A stretch of DNA of 64,000 nt from Candidatus Krumholzibacteriota bacterium (GCA_963764625.1 CAVXTH010000009.1:448001-512000), one strand, 5' to 3'. Positions 20,855-31,409 are shown, counted from the first letter of the stretch. Notes: a model not told the origin generated them from the sequence alone. A program made the numbers and translations.

Positions 20855-21877
20855 ATGAACACCGCCGGCGCGACCGCAGAGAAGCTCACCCGCAAGGACT
20901 TCGCCAGCGACCAAGACGTTCGCTGGTGTCCCGGTTGTGGGGACTACTCCATTCTGAGTCAGGTTCAGAAGGTGATGCCCGAGTTGGGCTATCCCAAAGA
21001 GGACATCGTCTTCATCAGCGGAATCGGTTGCTCCAGCCGCTTCCCCTATTACATGGACACCTACGGATTCCACAGCATCCACGGCCGCGCCATCACCCTG
21101 GCCACTGGACTGCGGATCGCGAATCCTGACTTGAGCATCTGGGTGATTACCGGGGACGGCGACGGCCTCTCGATCGGGGGGAATCACTTCCTGCACGGTC
21201 TGCGTCGCAACCTGGACATCAACGTCATCCTCTTCAACAACCGCATCTATGGTCTGACGAAGGGTCAGTACTCGCCGACCTCCGAATACGGCAAGAAGAC
21301 CAAGTCCAGCCCGCAGGGTACGGTGGAGCATCCCATTCGGCCCATTTGCGTGGCGCTGGCGGCCGAGGCGACCTGGGTGGGACGATCCACTGACAGCGAC
21401 ACCAAGCACCTGGCACAGATGATCGAGCTGATGGCCAAGCACGACGGGGTTTCTTTCCTCGAGGTCTATCAGAACTGCATCATCTTCAACGACAAGGCCT
21501 TCGAGGAATACACCGCGAAGGCGGAGCGCGAAGACCACATGATGTACCTACAGCCCGGCGAGCCGATTCGCTTCGGGAAAGACCTTCAGCACGGACTGCG
21601 CCTCAACGGTCTGCGTCCCGAGAAAGTCACCGTGGGCGAGAATGGCGTCACCGAGAAGGACCTCATGGTCCACGACGCCACCAACCCGGCCATGGCCTAC
21701 CTGCTCGCTACTCTGGACTATCCCGACTTTCCGGTTCCCACCGGAGTGTTCCTGGACGTGAAGAGGGACATCTACGAGCAGAGCCTGCAGGCTCAGGTTG
21801 ATACCGCGCAGAAGCGCAAGGGAGCCGGCGACTTGTCCGCTCTGCTGAACGGTCCGAACACCTGGGTGGTCGACTGA
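20855..21877 (+). CDS. korB: 2-oxoacid:ferredoxin oxidoreductase beta subunit
   Basis: WCPGCG, GIGCSSR, GDGD...NN TPP-binding motif. Confidence 0.93.
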   Translation: MNTAGATAEKLTRKDFASDQDVRWCPGCGDYSILSQVQKVMPELGYPKEDIVFISGIGCSSRFPYYMDTYGFHSIHGRAITLATGLRIANPDLSIWVITGDGDGLSIGGNHFLHGLRRNLDINVILFNNRIYGLTKGQYSPTSEYGKKTKSSPQGTVEHPIRPICVALAAEATWVGRSTDSDTKHLAQMIELMAKHDGVSFLEVYQNCIIFNDKAFEEYTAKAEREDHMMYLQPGEPIRFGKDLQHGLRLNGLRPEKVTVGENGVTEKDLMVHDATNPAMAYLLATLDYPDFPVPTGVFLDVKRDIYEQSLQAQVDTAQKRKGAGDLSALLNGPNTWVVD

Positions 21878-21896
21878 ACGCGAAAGAGAGTTGGGT

Positions 21897-22415
21897 ATGG
21901 ATTGTCCCCTCTGTGGCCACGAAAATCTTCCCGGAGCCGACTCCTGTGAAGTCTGTCACGGCGATTTGGCCGCGGCCGATGTGGAGAATTTTCGAAACCG
22001 TCTGAAAGACGGGGTCCTCGGGGACACGCTCTCTCAGCTGGGAACTCTCAAGCCCGGGGTCATGAGCCCAAGCGGAACCGTCGCGGATGCGCTTCCCTTG
22101 ATGCGCGCGGACCGGCGCGGCAGTGTGCTCATCTGCGATGAAAACGGAGTGGTCGGGATCTTCACCGAACGCGATCTCATCCGCCGGGTGGCGCCCGACG
22201 CCGACCTCACCACCTTGAAGATTTCCGAGGTGATGACCCCTGATCCCTTCACCTACTCCCCGAACGACAACATCGCCTACGCCCTCAACGGCATGACCGC
22301 CTGGGGCAATCGGCACCTTCCCATCTGCGATGAGAACGGAACCCTGACCGGCTTCGTCTCGGTGCGCAAAGTTCTAGGGCACATCAAGGAGCGTTGCGAC
22401 AGCGGCGACTGCTGA
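21897..22415 (+). CDS. Zinc-ribbon plus CBS-domain protein
   Basis: CPLCGHEN..CEVC, then GIFTERD and RHLPI. Confidence 0.85.
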   Translation: MDCPLCGHENLPGADSCEVCHGDLAAADVENFRNRLKDGVLGDTLSQLGTLKPGVMSPSGTVADALPLMRADRRGSVLICDENGVVGIFTERDLIRRVAPDADLTTLKISEVMTPDPFTYSPNDNIAYALNGMTAWGNRHLPICDENGTLTGFVSVRKVLGHIKERCDSGDC

Positions 22416-22673
22416 GGGGACTCGGCGCGAGCACGCAATCCTCTGAAGAGCCTTCTATCCGGGTATTCTGGTCCATCTTGCCTGACCGGCCGCGGCCCGC
22501 GGCAACACAGGACAATTGAGTCTGCTGTAGGACTGTGGACGGCCACAAGCGGGTATGCCATCATCAATCGTCCCTGCGTGCAGATTTGACCATCCCTCGC
22601 TCCCGGGTGGTCGTCGGGCGCCCCCCAGCCAATTGTCCACCAGGCACGAGTGTAAACGTTCGAGGTGACAGGC

Positions 22674-24077
22674 ATGCGTATGCGGTTCTTAGTTCTTCTT
22701 CTCTTTGTTGCGGTCGCCATGCCGCTGCTGGATGGTTGCGGAAGCGACCCGACTGGCCCTGAGAACGGCGGATCGTCCGCGTTCTCGCGTATGATTTTCG
22801 GGAGCGGAACCGACAATACGCTCTCGGGCGACGTCGCCGTGACCTCCGACGGCCTGAGGGTGATGGTAGGGCAGTGCGGCCATTCGCTGCAGATCACCGG
22901 CTCCTCCACGACTTTGGATCCCTCGGGTACTTCGCACTTCTTCGTGGCCGGGTTCAATGCGGATGGTTCGACCTCCTCGGTCACCCTCGTCCCCGGTGCT
23001 GGCACTCCCCCGGAAATCCACGCGATGGTGAGCGACCCGAGCAACAACCTCGTGATCGCGGGGTTTTTCTTTTCCGACATTACCTTTGGATCCATCAACC
23101 TGACCGGCAGCGGCAGCGGGGACGTGTTCGTGGCCAAGTTGGATGCCACCGGTCACCCGATGTGGGCTCAGGGGGGGACGCAGGGAGTGCTCGATGACGA
23201 GGCCACCGACCTCGCGGTAGCTCCGGACGGCTCCATCTATGTCGCCGGTCTTGCCTACGGAGAGATCGGGCTTGCCGGAGTGACAGCGGGAGTTGCCGGA
23301 AAGTACAGTGGTTATCTTGTGAAGCTGGGCGCCAATGGAGATGGTATCTGGCAAAAGACGGCGACTGCGACGTCCCAGTCAACCTGCTGGGGGACGGCCG
23401 TCAGTCAAGACGGCTCAGTGCTCGTGTGTGGGGATTTCGCTGGCTCGAGCGTGACGATCGGTGGAGTGGTCCTGCCCAACGACGGATTGGCCAACGCGTT
23501 CATATCCCGCTTCAGCGCCGGTGGCGCGGGGATGGGCAACATCCGCATCGGTGGGCCAGGTACCGCCGTCGCGCGGCGGGTCGCCACCATAGGCGACGAG
23601 CCCGTCGTCGCGGGCACCTTCACGGGAACCGCTGACTTCGATGTCGACACCTCCGCGGGATCCATGGCTGCGGTGGGGATCGACGTGTTCATCGCGCGTT
23701 ATAGCCGGGCCGGAGAGCTACGTTGGGTGGTGACCCTCGGCGGAGCCGACGACCAGTTCGTCAGCGACTTGGCCCTCACCGACTCCGGCGATATCGTGGT
23801 CTGCGGGACCTTCTCTACCATCCTCACTGCGGGGTCGACGACGCTCAACTCGGTCGGCGCGACCGACGCGTATTTCGCGCGCGTGTCGGCTGACGGCCAG
23901 GTGCGCTCGGCGCAAAGGGTGGGCGGCTCGAACGATGAAACGACTACCGGCATAGCGGTGTCGGGAGCTTCCATCATCGTGGTCGGCAGCAGCAAATCCA
24001 ACGACTTGAGCTTCCCCGACGGATCGCAGCGGCCGCTGGCAGGTGAGATCGATGCCTTCATCTATCAGCAGCCCTAG
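22674..24077 (+). CDS. Beta-propeller (SBBP-like) lipoprotein
   Basis: Lipobox LDGC; repeated DxFxAxxxxxG and VxGxF motifs. Confidence 0.75.
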   Translation: MRMRFLVLLLFVAVAMPLLDGCGSDPTGPENGGSSAFSRMIFGSGTDNTLSGDVAVTSDGLRVMVGQCGHSLQITGSSTTLDPSGTSHFFVAGFNADGSTSSVTLVPGAGTPPEIHAMVSDPSNNLVIAGFFFSDITFGSINLTGSGSGDVFVAKLDATGHPMWAQGGTQGVLDDEATDLAVAPDGSIYVAGLAYGEIGLAGVTAGVAGKYSGYLVKLGANGDGIWQKTATATSQSTCWGTAVSQDGSVLVCGDFAGSSVTIGGVVLPNDGLANAFISRFSAGGAGMGNIRIGGPGTAVARRVATIGDEPVVAGTFTGTADFDVDTSAGSMAAVGIDVFIARYSRAGELRWVVTLGGADDQFVSDLALTDSGDIVVCGTFSTILTAGSTTLNSVGATDAYFARVSADGQVRSAQRVGGSNDETTTGIAVSGASIIVVGSSKSNDLSFPDGSQRPLAGEIDAFIYQQP

Positions 24078-24125
24078 GCGGAGAACGCCAAGCCCTGACG
24101 ACCATCAACCTGCGAGGTCCTAGTC

Positions 24126-25523
24126 GTGCGTCCAACCCTCTTTCGTTTACTCGTCGTCGCGCTCTTTGCGTCGTTGGCGCTGAGCGGCTGTGGGAACGGC
24201 TCCACTTCCCCCGAGGATGGCGGACTCGCCGCGTTCGCGAAGCGTATGGGCTGTCGTCCCGACCTCAGCACGACGGCCGATGCCGTGGTCGTGACCTCGG
24301 ACGGGAATCGCATCGTGGTGGGTTCCTTCAGCGGGATGCTCCACCTCGCGGGCTCACCCGATTCATTGTCCGCGGGTGGGACCTCACGTATCTACTTTGC
24401 TGCTTTTGGTCGCGACGGTTCGCTCGCATGGCTCACCTCGGCCGCCGGTGGCGGCGCCCCGAGCATCGCGAACATGACGCGGGATGCGAGCGACAACCTC
24501 CTCCTCGTCGGCACCTACGACGGAAGCATCAATTTCGGCGGGATCACGCTCCCCAACAGCGGCGGTACTAACATCTTTTTCGCCAAGCTCGACAAGGACA
24601 CCCAGCCAATCTGGGTTCTCGGTGCTTCCTCGAGCGGGATGGACGATGGCGAAGACATTGCGGCCGACAGCGACGGCAATGTCTACATCTGCGGGTACGC
24701 CGGCGATGAAATGACAGTGGCGGGGGAGGACGTGGGTGTGCCGGGGCATGTGACGGGCTTCCTCGTGAAGCTGCTCGACAACGGTGGTGGGCGTTGGGGT
24801 GAGACCGCGGCGACGACTGGAGTCTCCAGCTGCCAGGGGGTTGCCGTGAGCGCGGATGGCACGGTCGTGGTGTGTGGAACCTACGCCGAGAATTCGGTGG
24901 ATATCTCCGGCGAGGTCCTCCCCAACGACGGCTACACCGACAGCTTCATCGGACGTTTTGGCGCCGATGGCTCCAGGCTGGGCGCCATTCACCTCGGTGG
25001 CGCCGGCGGCACCACCGTGCGCGCGGTGACGACGCTGGGCAACGACGCCATCGTCACCGGGTTCTTCAACGGAACGGTGGACTTCGATCTCAACACCGCC
25101 GCTGGCAGTGCCACCTCGTCAAGCGCCGACGCATTCGTAGCGTGTTACAGCGAGGCGGGTGAGCTGCTCTGGCTCAAGACCTTCGGACCGGGGGACGATC
25201 AGATTGGGTTGCGACTCGCCCGCATGGATGGAAATCGTATCCTGCTGAGCGGCCAGTTCTCGAGCTCCATCACTCTCGGTTCGAAGACTCTCACGTCCAC
25301 CGGAGAGCAGGACGTGTTCTTCGCCCGTTTGGACGCCGAGGGCAATGTCCTCAGCGTCGGCCAGATCGGCGGCTCCGACACCGAAGAATCCGCGTCTGCA
25401 GCCGTCGACGGTTCGACGGCGGTCGTCGTGGGGCTAAGCTGGTCAGATGAAACAATCTTCCCCAATGGAACCCAGCTGAGCCGCTTCGGCAAGCTCGACG
25501 GCTTCCTTTACCAGCAGCCCTAG
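24126..25523 (+). CDS. Beta-propeller lipoprotein, tandem paralog of the previous gene
   Basis: Lipobox LSGC; collinear motifs and shared YQQP C-terminus. Confidence 0.75.
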   Translation: MRPTLFRLLVVALFASLALSGCGNGSTSPEDGGLAAFAKRMGCRPDLSTTADAVVVTSDGNRIVVGSFSGMLHLAGSPDSLSAGGTSRIYFAAFGRDGSLAWLTSAAGGGAPSIANMTRDASDNLLLVGTYDGSINFGGITLPNSGGTNIFFAKLDKDTQPIWVLGASSSGMDDGEDIAADSDGNVYICGYAGDEMTVAGEDVGVPGHVTGFLVKLLDNGGGRWGETAATTGVSSCQGVAVSADGTVVVCGTYAENSVDISGEVLPNDGYTDSFIGRFGADGSRLGAIHLGGAGGTTVRAVTTLGNDAIVTGFFNGTVDFDLNTAAGSATSSSADAFVACYSEAGELLWLKTFGPGDDQIGLRLARMDGNRILLSGQFSSSITLGSKTLTSTGEQDVFFARLDAEGNVLSVGQIGGSDTEESASAAVDGSTAVVVGLSWSDETIFPNGTQLSRFGKLDGFLYQQP

Positions 25524-25533
25524 GAGGTTTGCG

Positions 25534-26013
25534 GTGCGAGTGATCGTAATGGCACTGGCAGTGCTCATGATTCTGGCTTCCGGATGCGGCAGCGACTCCC
25601 CTTCGGGTGTCCAGAACACGACGCCGACCACCTACGAATTGAGCGCGGGGCCGGGCTGGTTTGTCACCTCCCCGGACGTCGACCTTTCCAAGTTCTCCAG
25701 CGTAAGTATCGTCGTGACCTTCAAGAGCAACGCGGCGACCGATTTCACGTTCAGCACTTCACCTCAGTTCCAGCTCTGGACGCATCCCGACGTATACGAT
25801 CTTACTCAGCCGGGAACCGTCACGATCAACGATGAGCCGTCGGGCCAGGCGAGCCCTGGAAGCACGTTCATGTACGATCTGACGGTCGACCTGACCAACA
25901 TACCGCCCAACCAGGTTCACATCGCCCTGCGCCCGACGGAGGACACTACCTACGGTACGCTGGGAACATCAAAGATCTCGGTGTCTTCGTCTGAAGTAAA
26001 GTTCACGCCCTAG
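25534..26013 (+). CDS. Hypothetical lipoprotein
   Basis: GGAGG RBS; lipobox ASGC. Confidence 0.65.
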   Translation: MRVIVMALAVLMILASGCGSDSPSGVQNTTPTTYELSAGPGWFVTSPDVDLSKFSSVSIVVTFKSNAATDFTFSTSPQFQLWTHPDVYDLTQPGTVTINDEPSGQASPGSTFMYDLTVDLTNIPPNQVHIALRPTEDTTYGTLGTSKISVSSSEVKFTP

Positions 26014-26166
26014 AGCGCATGCCTGGCCGTGACTGCTCGGCCGACAAGCGGGCACCGGCCTTCGAAACGGCTGCCCGATGGAGGTGTATCCTCAGTGTCC
26101 TGCGGTATGATTGACCACACCGAATTCACCGACCGCGGCGCTTCCCGTAACCCGCGAGGTAACACC

Positions 26167-27924
26167 ATGTCGCGACGATCCCCCCTCTGCCTGGTCGTCC
26201 TCGCTGCCGCCGCGGCGCTGGCCGTCGGCTGTGGCGGTGGCAGCCCTACGGCCCCACCGACGCCCCAACCCACCGGCTCCGCCGCGACCTGGCACGCCGA
26301 CCTCTACGGAGGCACCTTCACGTCGATCTGGGGCGCTTCACCCCAGGCCCTCCACGTGGCGACCAGCCAGATGACGCTCTTTTACGACGGCTCTACATGG
26401 CGCGCTTACCCCACAGGCGAAATCAGCTACGTCAACGACCTCTGGGGCACCGCGGCCGACAACGTCTACGCGACCAGCATCACCGGCAACGTCCTCCACT
26501 TCAATGGAACCGTGTGGGACACGTCGACCACGACGACCAAGATCCTCCGCACTGTGTGGGGAACCGGGCCGAACAACGTCTACGTCGGGGGGAGCGACGG
26601 TCTCATCCTCCACTACGACGGATCGAACTGGAGCCCGGAGACCACCGGCGTGAACTGGCAATTCGTGGAGATCTGGGGGACCGGTCCGAACGACATCTTC
26701 GCCCTCAGCCAGGAAGCTCGGGAGACGATGACGTTCACCGGCTCGTTTCTCCACTACAACGGGACTGACTGGGAGACGCGCTCCTTGAGCGGCCCCATGG
26801 GAATCCAGTCGGTATGGGGCTCGGGACCCGGAAAGATTTACATTTCCGACAACCAGGGCACGATCTTCGGCGGCGACGGCACGAACTTCTCAGACCGCAC
26901 GCCTCCCATCGACCAGCCGATCATAGACATTGCCGGACTTCCCTCGGGCGTGCTCTACGGATCTACGTCCACGCAGATCTACACCATGCTGGGGAACGCG
27001 CCCGGCCTTGATCCCGGCGAGACGATCTACGACCTGTGGGCGGCGCCGTGGGGAACGGTGTACGCCGTCGGGCAGGCCGGGACCGTGGTTTCGACCACCG
27101 GGTCCGATTGGAACGTGGTGTACGGTAAGAATCAGAATTATTCGCTGCGGACGGCCTTCGGATCGTCGTTGAACGACGTCTTCGCGCTCGGCGATGCCGG
27201 CGGGTTCCACTACGACGGGAGCAGCTGGACGCCGATGCCAGTACCGGTTCCCATACGGGCCGGCACGGCGACGTCGGCGAGCTTCGCGGTCGTCGTCGGC
27301 GACCTGGGCGCGATCGAGACGTGGGACGGAAGCTCCTGGCACGAGGCGCAGAGTCCCACGACGGTGCGACTCGAGGCAGTCTACGCGGCGTCCTCGAGTA
27401 ATGTGTTCGCCGCGGGAAAGAATGACGTCATCGTCCACTACGACGGCACGCAGTGGTCGCAGATCTATCCACCGAGTGCATCGACCGGCTGGCTCCTCGG
27501 TATCCATGGCTCGGACGCGAACAACGTGTTTGCCTGCGGCACAAACGGCGAGGTGCTCCACTTCGACGGGACAAACTGGACGCCGATGTCGACGCCGATC
27601 TCCACCGCGCTGCAGGCCGTATGGGCGTTTTCCCCGGACAATGCATTCGCGGTCGGCGGGTCCGGCGTCGTGCTGCACTACGACGGCAGCCAATGGCAGG
27701 TGATGCCGATCGGGACGACGGACTATCTGTGGAGTATCTGGGCGAGTGGTCCCAACGACATCTACGTGATGTCGACGAAAGACACGATGTTCCACTACGA
27801 CGGAGAGAAGTGGGCACCTTTCCCCGCTCCGCCGACCGGCCTGGTGAGCCCGATGTGGGGCACGGGCGGCCGTCTCTACGTGGTGGGCGTGGGGTCGACG
27901 GTGATGAGCCTCCGGATCCACTAG
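26167..27924 (+). CDS. Beta-propeller repeat lipoprotein
   Basis: Lipobox AVGC; about 40-aa repeats WGxxxNxxY...HYDGxxW. Confidence 0.75.
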   Translation: MSRRSPLCLVVLAAAAALAVGCGGGSPTAPPTPQPTGSAATWHADLYGGTFTSIWGASPQALHVATSQMTLFYDGSTWRAYPTGEISYVNDLWGTAADNVYATSITGNVLHFNGTVWDTSTTTTKILRTVWGTGPNNVYVGGSDGLILHYDGSNWSPETTGVNWQFVEIWGTGPNDIFALSQEARETMTFTGSFLHYNGTDWETRSLSGPMGIQSVWGSGPGKIYISDNQGTIFGGDGTNFSDRTPPIDQPIIDIAGLPSGVLYGSTSTQIYTMLGNAPGLDPGETIYDLWAAPWGTVYAVGQAGTVVSTTGSDWNVVYGKNQNYSLRTAFGSSLNDVFALGDAGGFHYDGSSWTPMPVPVPIRAGTATSASFAVVVGDLGAIETWDGSSWHEAQSPTTVRLEAVYAASSSNVFAAGKNDVIVHYDGTQWSQIYPPSASTGWLLGIHGSDANNVFACGTNGEVLHFDGTNWTPMSTPISTALQAVWAFSPDNAFAVGGSGVVLHYDGSQWQVMPIGTTDYLWSIWASGPNDIYVMSTKDTMFHYDGEKWAPFPAPPTGLVSPMWGTGGRLYVVGVGSTVMSLRIH

Positions 27925-27988
27925 CGGCCGGGTGTCCCTACCAGAAACTCCATCCGCATTGCCTAGCATGAACTCACTGCACACAGCC

Positions 27989-28369
27989 ACGGATAGTGGA
28001 TTGTATACGGCGCTTTAGCCGAAAAGCGAGCAACGACCTTCGAAACGGGTGCTCCTTGCGCTGTGTTCTCGGTGCGATGATCACGATGAGGATTGATCGT
28101 CGATCCGCGACTCACCCTACCGCAACTCTGTTCGCCCGACATGCGCCCACCTGAGCGGCTTCCACCTATCCTCGTGCGGGTCGTTGCCGCCGATCCGTGC
28201 CAGGTGTCTGAGAATCCGGTCCACCACCGCTGCTTCGTCGATCACCGACACGATCTTCATGGTTACCCCGCACTGCGGGCAGAGCATGGGGTCCACCTCG
28301 AAGATCCTGCGCAGCAGGCGTGCCCAGCTGCGGCTGCGCATGCCGCAGCTCTCGCAGCACCAGCCGTAG
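27989..28369 (-). mobile_element. ISCR/IS91-like ori-side stub, copy 1
   Basis: Starts ACGGATAGTGGATTGTATAC; homologous to 49334 onward with a 105-bp internal deletion; scrambled right junction. Confidence 0.9.
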
Positions 28370-28393
28370 GAAGGGCTCGACGGCTTGTGAGTC

Positions 28394-29230
28394 TCAGTCG
28401 AAATGCTTCTTGAGCGCGTCGAGAACCGAGCTCCACGCGTGGTCGAAATAGTCATACACCTCGTTCCACTGGCCGCCCACACCCCAGCCGATCTGTGACA
28501 GGGTGACCGTCACTGTACCGTCCTCGTTCTCCTCGAATGTCATCACTACTTCGGTGCGGTACCCTCGCTCAGCTTCAAACTTGGGTGGAGCGTTCCAGGT
28601 GAACGCCAGCATAGTCTGTGGCAGATACGCCAGTACCCTACAGCCTTCGCCGCCGCGGTCGCCGGAGGCAGCTTCTTGGTTGAAGTACCATTCATACCGG
28701 CCGCCTGGCTTCAGCTCAATTGCGCTGTTGATCCTAAGGAATTGCCTGAGTCCATCGGACGTCGTGAACGACCGCCAGACATCGCCTATAGGAGCGTTGA
28801 CTCTGACAGTCTTGTCGATTCTCTGGTTCGAGATCTGTTCCGGCAGTTTGTCGCGGCCGTGCATGAGCGATGCAACGAACGGATAGAGCTTGTAGGTATG
28901 GACGCCGGCGACGACCGACGGTTCTTTGTCCATGATTTCGCGGGCTCCGGCTTCGTCGGCGACCTGCAGGACAACGACGCCGCCCAGTCCGAAAGCCGGG
29001 CCGGCCAGAAGCATCGTTCCGTCATACATCAGGTTGCGCAAGTAGACGAAGTGCTTCTCAAGAACCGCTTCTTCGTCCGGAGTCATGTTGCTCGGCCAGT
29101 CGGCGCGGGTCCCCTCGAGCAGCACCAGGAATTGTCTCTTCGGCATAGCATCCTCGGCGGCCGCCCGGTGCGGGAGCGCGAACTGCAGCATCAGACCGAG
29201 CAGCATGAGCGATTGTGTTAGTTTCTTCAT
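28394..29230 (-). CDS. Secreted YciI-domain plus SRPBCC/AHSA1-domain fusion
   Basis: Signal peptide; HFVYL..LAGP YciI-like half; VWRSFTT, LAFTWNAPP and YFDHAW SRPBCC half. Confidence 0.75.
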   Translation of the reverse strand: MKKLTQSLMLLGLMLQFALPHRAAAEDAMPKRQFLVLLEGTRADWPSNMTPDEEAVLEKHFVYLRNLMYDGTMLLAGPAFGLGGVVVLQVADEAGAREIMDKEPSVVAGVHTYKLYPFVASLMHGRDKLPEQISNQRIDKTVRVNAPIGDVWRSFTTSDGLRQFLRINSAIELKPGGRYEWYFNQEAASGDRGGEGCRVLAYLPQTMLAFTWNAPPKFEAERGYRTEVVMTFEENEDGTVTVTLSQIGWGVGGQWNEVYDYFDHAWSSVLDALKKHFD

Positions 29231-29256
29231 TTTCACCGTTCCTGCATTGATGCCTG

Positions 29257-29646
29257 TCACTCCCAGGCGCTCTGCTGTCGCGGCGTGCGCCCGAACTTCT
29301 GCGTGGCGAAACCGAGGAGCAGGCCGACGATGGTGCCGGGGATCATGATCTCAGCGTAGTAGTAGTTCCCCTCGGCGGTCGGCTGCATCGCCACGAGATA
29401 GGCCAGGATGAGTCCGACGGCGCCGCCGAAGAGGATGCCGATCGGGAGCGACGTTACTTTACGGGCAAAGAACCCGGCGGCGAGGCCGACCAGCAGTCCC
29501 TTGATTCCCGAAAAGAACATGATAGATCCGACCATCGACTTCGTTTCGGGATAGAAGAAGCTGGTGGCGCCGTCAATTGCCCCGAGCAGAAGGCCGAGGA
29601 TGATTCCGATCACTGGTTTGGACACGGTAGGTCTCCCTTGGTTCAT
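29257..29646 (-). CDS. Small 4-TM membrane protein
   Basis: Four Gly-rich hydrophobic segments. Confidence 0.7.
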   Translation of the reverse strand: MNQGRPTVSKPVIGIILGLLLGAIDGATSFFYPETKSMVGSIMFFSGIKGLLVGLAAGFFARKVTSLPIGILFGGAVGLILAYLVAMQPTAEGNYYYAEIMIPGTIVGLLLGFATQKFGRTPRQQSAWE

Positions 29647-29699
29647 TGTCCTGCGAGTGTCACCGTTCTATTACACACCGAGACAAATCTCTTTAACTC

Positions 29700-30644
29700 T
29701 CAGCGGAGAAAATACAGAATGACACGCGCCAGGATATAGGCGCACACCAGTAACACAATGAACTTGTTGCGTTTAACGAACCGTAGCGCTCGCTCGAAGA
29801 AATTCTCCGGGTAAGCAAGTACTGTTTGGTTGGCCAGCCACGCCTGGATATCGTCGATCAGCGGCTGGACCGTCGGATAGCGGTCATCCGGATGAGCCGC
29901 GCGACAGGTCGCGATGATCGCCACCAGCGGCCGCGGAATCTTCTTGCCGGACCAATCGACCGGCCGATCGTCCGGATCGGTTGGTGCTCGCCCGGTCAGG
30001 AGATATTGCAGCACACCGCCGAGCGCAAAGATGTCGGCACGGTGATCAATCTGCTCCGCCCCCGCCACCTGCTCCGGCGCCATATAGCCGGGGGAGCCGG
30101 CGACAGTGCTCTCCGCCTCCGGCTCGGTCGTCAGCCGGGCAATCCCCCAATCCATCACCAACAATTCGCCGAACGACCCGACCATGATATTCTCCGGCTT
30201 CAGGTCGCGGTGGATGACGCCGCCCGCATGGGCGAACGCTACCGGTTCGCAGATACGGATAAACAGATCGAGACGGCGTGGGAGCGAACGATCGGGCGTA
30301 CACCACTGGTCGAGCCGTTCTCCCTGCACATGCTTCATCGCATAATAGAAGCGGCCGTCGGGCAGCTCACCCAGATCGTGTACCGGCACAATGCCCGGAT
30401 GCTCGAGGCTGGCGATGATCCGTGCCTCGGCGCGCAGCCGATTCGTCAGGTTGTCCGACATCACCGCGACGGAGATGAGCTTGAGTGCGACTTTGCGCAG
30501 AAGGGCCGTATCCTCGGCTAGCCAGACTGCTCCCATCCCCCCTTCACCCAGCTTTTCGATCAGCCGGTAGCGGGTGTCGGACAAGTCCGGTTGGTCGAGA
30601 AGCAGCCGCAAGTGCCTGAGGTGTTTGTCGGACAGTTCACTCAT
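29700..30644 (-). CDS. Hanks-type Ser/Thr protein kinase with C-terminal TM helix
   Basis: GEGGMG, VALK, HRDLKPEN, DWG, YMAPEQ. Confidence 0.92.
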   Translation of the reverse strand: MSELSDKHLRHLRLLLDQPDLSDTRYRLIEKLGEGGMGAVWLAEDTALLRKVALKLISVAVMSDNLTNRLRAEARIIASLEHPGIVPVHDLGELPDGRFYYAMKHVQGERLDQWCTPDRSLPRRLDLFIRICEPVAFAHAGGVIHRDLKPENIMVGSFGELLVMDWGIARLTTEPEAESTVAGSPGYMAPEQVAGAEQIDHRADIFALGGVLQYLLTGRAPTDPDDRPVDWSGKKIPRPLVAIIATCRAAHPDDRYPTVQPLIDDIQAWLANQTVLAYPENFFERALRFVKRNKFIVLLVCAYILARVILYFLR

Positions 30645-31401
30645 TCGGATTGATTCCCAACAGGCGTCGCACTTCGTCACGGTACTCATCGTCGGTGGCG
30701 GTCAGCATCTTCAATCGTTCCAGCACAATGGCGCGAAAAGTCCGCCGCGCCAACGCGAGATAGTTGGTCACGTCGGTCTGGCGCAGGCCGAATTGCTCGG
30801 CGAGGTCGGCGTAGGACAACCGCAGCGACTGCTCGACCCGATCGATGTCGTACCTTTCAAACAAACGATAGTACACCTCTTTCCCCTGCTGCATGAGCGT
30901 TTCCTTCAGTTGTACCAGAGACGAATCGAACAGCGCCCGCGTCAACTCGATTTCAAACTGCTGCTCGGCCGACGTGCCGCCGGAGGCAAATCGTTCCAGC
31001 TCCCGTTCGGCAACCGTATAGTCGAGCGAGACAACCTCGAGGTCGCCGCCCCGTTTCTGTCGCGAGGCCGCTTTCAGTTCGTTGTTCATCATTCGGTCGA
31101 GGACCGTTCGCAGGTAGGTGCGGAAGCGCGCTTTCGACGGATCGAAGTCGGCCAGGAATTCCTTTTCGATCACGCGGGCAAAAAACTCCTGCGTCAGATC
31201 ACGGGCGTCGTCGCCGCTCCTCTGCCATTTCAACCTGATGTACTTGTACACTGGCTTCCAGTAGACATCGACCAGCGCATGCAGCGCCCGCCGCCGCACA
31301 TCGCGTTCACCGCTGCCGAGCGCCCGGATGGCGGAATAGCGAGTCGGTGGAAACCGGTCGGATCGGTCATGATGTAGGCTGTCGATCATCGCGTGCGCCA
31401 C
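30637..31401 (-). CDS. ECF sigma factor, kinase-associated type
   Basis: FPPTRYS, YWKPVY, DLTQEFF, RFRTYL; overlaps the kinase start. Confidence 0.85.
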   Translation of the reverse strand: MAHAMIDSLHHDRSDRFPPTRYSAIRALGSGERDVRRRALHALVDVYWKPVYKYIRLKWQRSGDDARDLTQEFFARVIEKEFLADFDPSKARFRTYLRTVLDRMMNNELKAASRQKRGGDLEVVSLDYTVAERELERFASGGTSAEQQFEIELTRALFDSSLVQLKETLMQQGKEVYYRLFERYDIDRVEQSLRLSYADLAEQFGLRQTDVTNYLALARRTFRAIVLERLKMLTATDDEYRDEVRRLLGINPNE

Positions 31402-31409
31402 TTTCGCTT

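Noticed and set aside
19189-20895. Long antisense ORFs (568 aa here; also 43-999, 12139-14121, 26890-27990)
   Set aside because: Shadow ORFs of high-GC genes on the other strand or frame, with no recognisable motifs.
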